Positions 61,722 through 64,000 of a stretch of DNA of 64,000 nt are shown here, piece by piece. The stretch covers positions 186,001 through 250,000 of the forward strand of contig JAUGWO010000102.1 of assembly GCA_049724395.1 (NCBI GenBank), written 5' to 3'. Numbering within the stretch: the first letter of the stretch is position 1; each line of letters starts with the position of its first letter. The DNA comes from Spongospora subterranea f. sp. subterranea. Taxonomy: Eukaryota. The translations under genes were made by a program, and so were the position numbers. Below the pieces are notes generated by a model. That model had not been told where the DNA came from. It saw nothing but the letters and a program-made list of their open reading frames with translations, and did no database searches.

Positions 61722-64000
61722 TCAAATAATTTCTTGAAAGGCGGTCAGTATGCGATCATAATCAAAATCTTTCAAAGCGGCCTGCATGTTCTCCAAGGAT
61801 TTTTGAGCCGATTTTCCCAACAGGCGATGGGAATCAATGAAGAGATCTGACAGCATATGGCGGAGAAAATCTGAATGTTTCGGTGCAGCGTCGAGCTCTC
61901 CTGTTTAATTCGTTAAGTCGACGACTGACGCATACACTATGAATTACTTTGAATGTGATCTGCTTCTTTCAGAATGTGGCAATACTCTTCAGAAAAAAAT
62001 GTAAAACATTCTTCACCCTGTAAGTTTGATATGGGTAAAAACAAAGGAAAGAGTAATTTTGATATAAGTGATAACTAACTTCATGTGTTTGGATTTCTTT
62101 GAGTGCATGTATCTTCGCCTGTTTTTTGACTAACTCGGTGTATGTTTCTAGTTTTGGCCGAATACGTTCCACCAAAGACATGATTGAACCGGTAGTTAGT
62201 TTCATCGATATCGCGAACTGCACTTTGCTGTTTGTCGCTTCCTGTCCAGGCATCAATTGGTAAACTAAGAGGTTTCCAATATTACCTTTGAAATTGCTTC
62301 TCGGACAATGGATATCGTACTGCAATTGTCGGACGTAAACGTAGCTAAGCCCTTCCTATGTTCGCAAGCATATCAAATTTTGAAGTAGTCACAATCAAAA
62401 GCCATACTCGTATTGGCAAATAACATAAGTTCCAAGATAAACATTTCTATAAAAGATGTGTCCTGACGACTGAATTTGGCTGGACATTTCAGGAAGGATA
62501 GTTACGATCCAGGAATGAATCTAATTTTCAAGATTAAGAGGTCTGCACATACACGCTCAGCGTGACCTACCTGTGAAAGATTGAAGGCACCTTTAAATTC
62601 AATCGAACAAAGAGGAAATTGAGTTGTCGGCAAAATCGGTAATTTTTCATGTAGACTTAGCGGCTTAACTGGGATTACCACAGTCTAAATGCAATATTAT
62701 TGACAGAGCATTGACACGTCATTATTACAAACTTGCGATGTTTTCGGATAAAGTTTCGGAATTATACAAAGGCTGATTTCACCGGTATGTCCTTCCAGTA
62801 ATCTCAGGGTTATCGAAATGCGATTGCATGAATCGACGCATCTAAAACTTGCGAGCGAGCACGATTCTAAAAAGTACATTTGCCAATGACTCTATAGCTT
62901 AAACACTGATTACTGTTATCGGAAGGTGAAAGATCGATGATTGCAGAAGAAGACATGATCATTACTGTAAACATCAGCGGTTGAATACGAGCGAAGTATT
63001 TTCTAGCGTCATACCTGGGACAGTGGCTTTAAAACCAATGACATCAATTGGCATTTCAATTTCGATCGATAAAACATGTGCTAATTTTGATTGTCATAAT
63101 AGAGACCATCAGCTTATCGACCATCTTACCTGCAATTTCAGGATCTAATCGAAAGGAATGGTTTACGTGAAATTGAGTCTCCACTGCGACTAACTCGGAA
63201 CTTTGGGTTTGGTATGAAGCGCGTCGCAAATTTAAGAGTTTGTTCAGTTCATCCAGCTGGGATCGGAGATTTGCGATTTCATTGTTGGTTCCAGTATTCG
63301 GCTTGAAAATTCCTATCTGCACTGAACTGAATTAGAGCCACATGGTGTGCCCTGTTTCACGTACTCCGCTTGACGCGCGTTGCTTCAAACCTGGTCGAGA
63401 CAACGAACGGCCTTCTCGAGGTTGCGGGGTCAATGTCTGCTGTTTCAAGCGAAGCAAGGAAATAGATCCAGAATAGGTCACGACGAAGACCTGAAAACTG
63501 TAAGTAAGCTATGAAGAATAACCAAGTACGTTTCCAAACAACCTCCGGAAGTTCTGTTGACGTGAAATACCCGATTCCCAGGGAAGCCACCGACTCCTGG
63601 AACTTGAACGAACTTACAGAAAAAAGATGTGAACCTTGCAAATAACATCACCCACTTCAAATCGTAGCAACCTGACGTTTCAATACCTCCTGAAGATTCA
63701 TTTTCCCAACTGAAAATATTAACGGTGCCGCAATTATGACCCACAATGACGTCGTCCTGACCCGACTGTGTTTTCAAAATGTTTGAAGCACTCAAATAAC
63801 TTTGTGCAATAGAAACTTACCTTGTTAAGGTCTGCGTAGGCTATAGTGCTCACCGCTTCACATTTGGTTTCAATCACAAAATCGAGTTTCACAATTTGGC
63901 CACCCGGGCCCATCAAAGCATGACCTGTAAATTTTTAAAAGTAAATTTGAATGAAGCCATCTGATGCCTTCATTACCGATCTGCCCCCTAGACGTTCCAA
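61722..64000 (-). CDS. BBS7: Bardet-Biedl syndrome 7 BBSome subunit (3' part; continues beyond window)
   Basis: RCVDSCNRISITLRLLEGHTGEISLCIIPKLYPKTSQ/..VKPLSLHE; IHSWIV; ..KIHALKEIQ; DLFID near the C-terminus. Stop TGA 61722-61724. Confidence 0.85.

Noticed and set aside
17363..64000. Ciliary gene cluster (WDR17, TPGS1-like, BBS7)
   Set aside because: The genes are dispersed among unrelated genes; this only indicates a flagellated organism.
1..64000. Alternative genetic code or stop-codon readthrough
   Set aside because: The in-frame stops I examined fall inside plausible introns, and TAA, TAG and TGA all appear as terminal stops.

Overview
Compact, intron-rich eukaryotic nuclear DNA. Introns are mostly ~45-65 nt GT-AG, intergenic gaps are short, and the code is standard. 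Cilium genes (WDR17, BBS7, TPGS1-like) point to a flagellated protist; a plasmodiophorid/rhizarian origin is my inference only. About 24 protein-coding genes can be reconstructed by hand-splicing. In order: a partial gene, TPR-SAM protein, ABCC transporter, GINT1-N-like beta-propeller protein, DIS3/RRP44-type exoribonuclease, kinesin-14, TM RING ligase, WDR17, MscS-like channel, TPGS1-like, NADPH oxidase, VAMP7, TMEM42-like, helical-repeat organellar protein, one uncertain ORF, DD3-3-like, small hypothetical, SDH4, CLK/LAMMER kinase, FAM169-like GNAT, PARP-like/B-box protein, TRRAP/Tra1 (~14 kb) and BBS7 (partial). The stand-out is the NADPH oxidase at 27458-30683 (-). It splices in frame into one polypeptide, SH3 - p22phox-like four-helix module - NOX catalytic core, i.e. 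an apparent natural single-chain flavocytochrome b558 with a built-in SH3. Also present are a retrotransposon protease relic bounded by 30-bp direct repeats, a 62-bp tandem array, a B-box-containing structured ncRNA candidate, and frameshifts in G-runs that suggest homopolymer assembly errors. All family assignments come from motif recognition, not from database searches.
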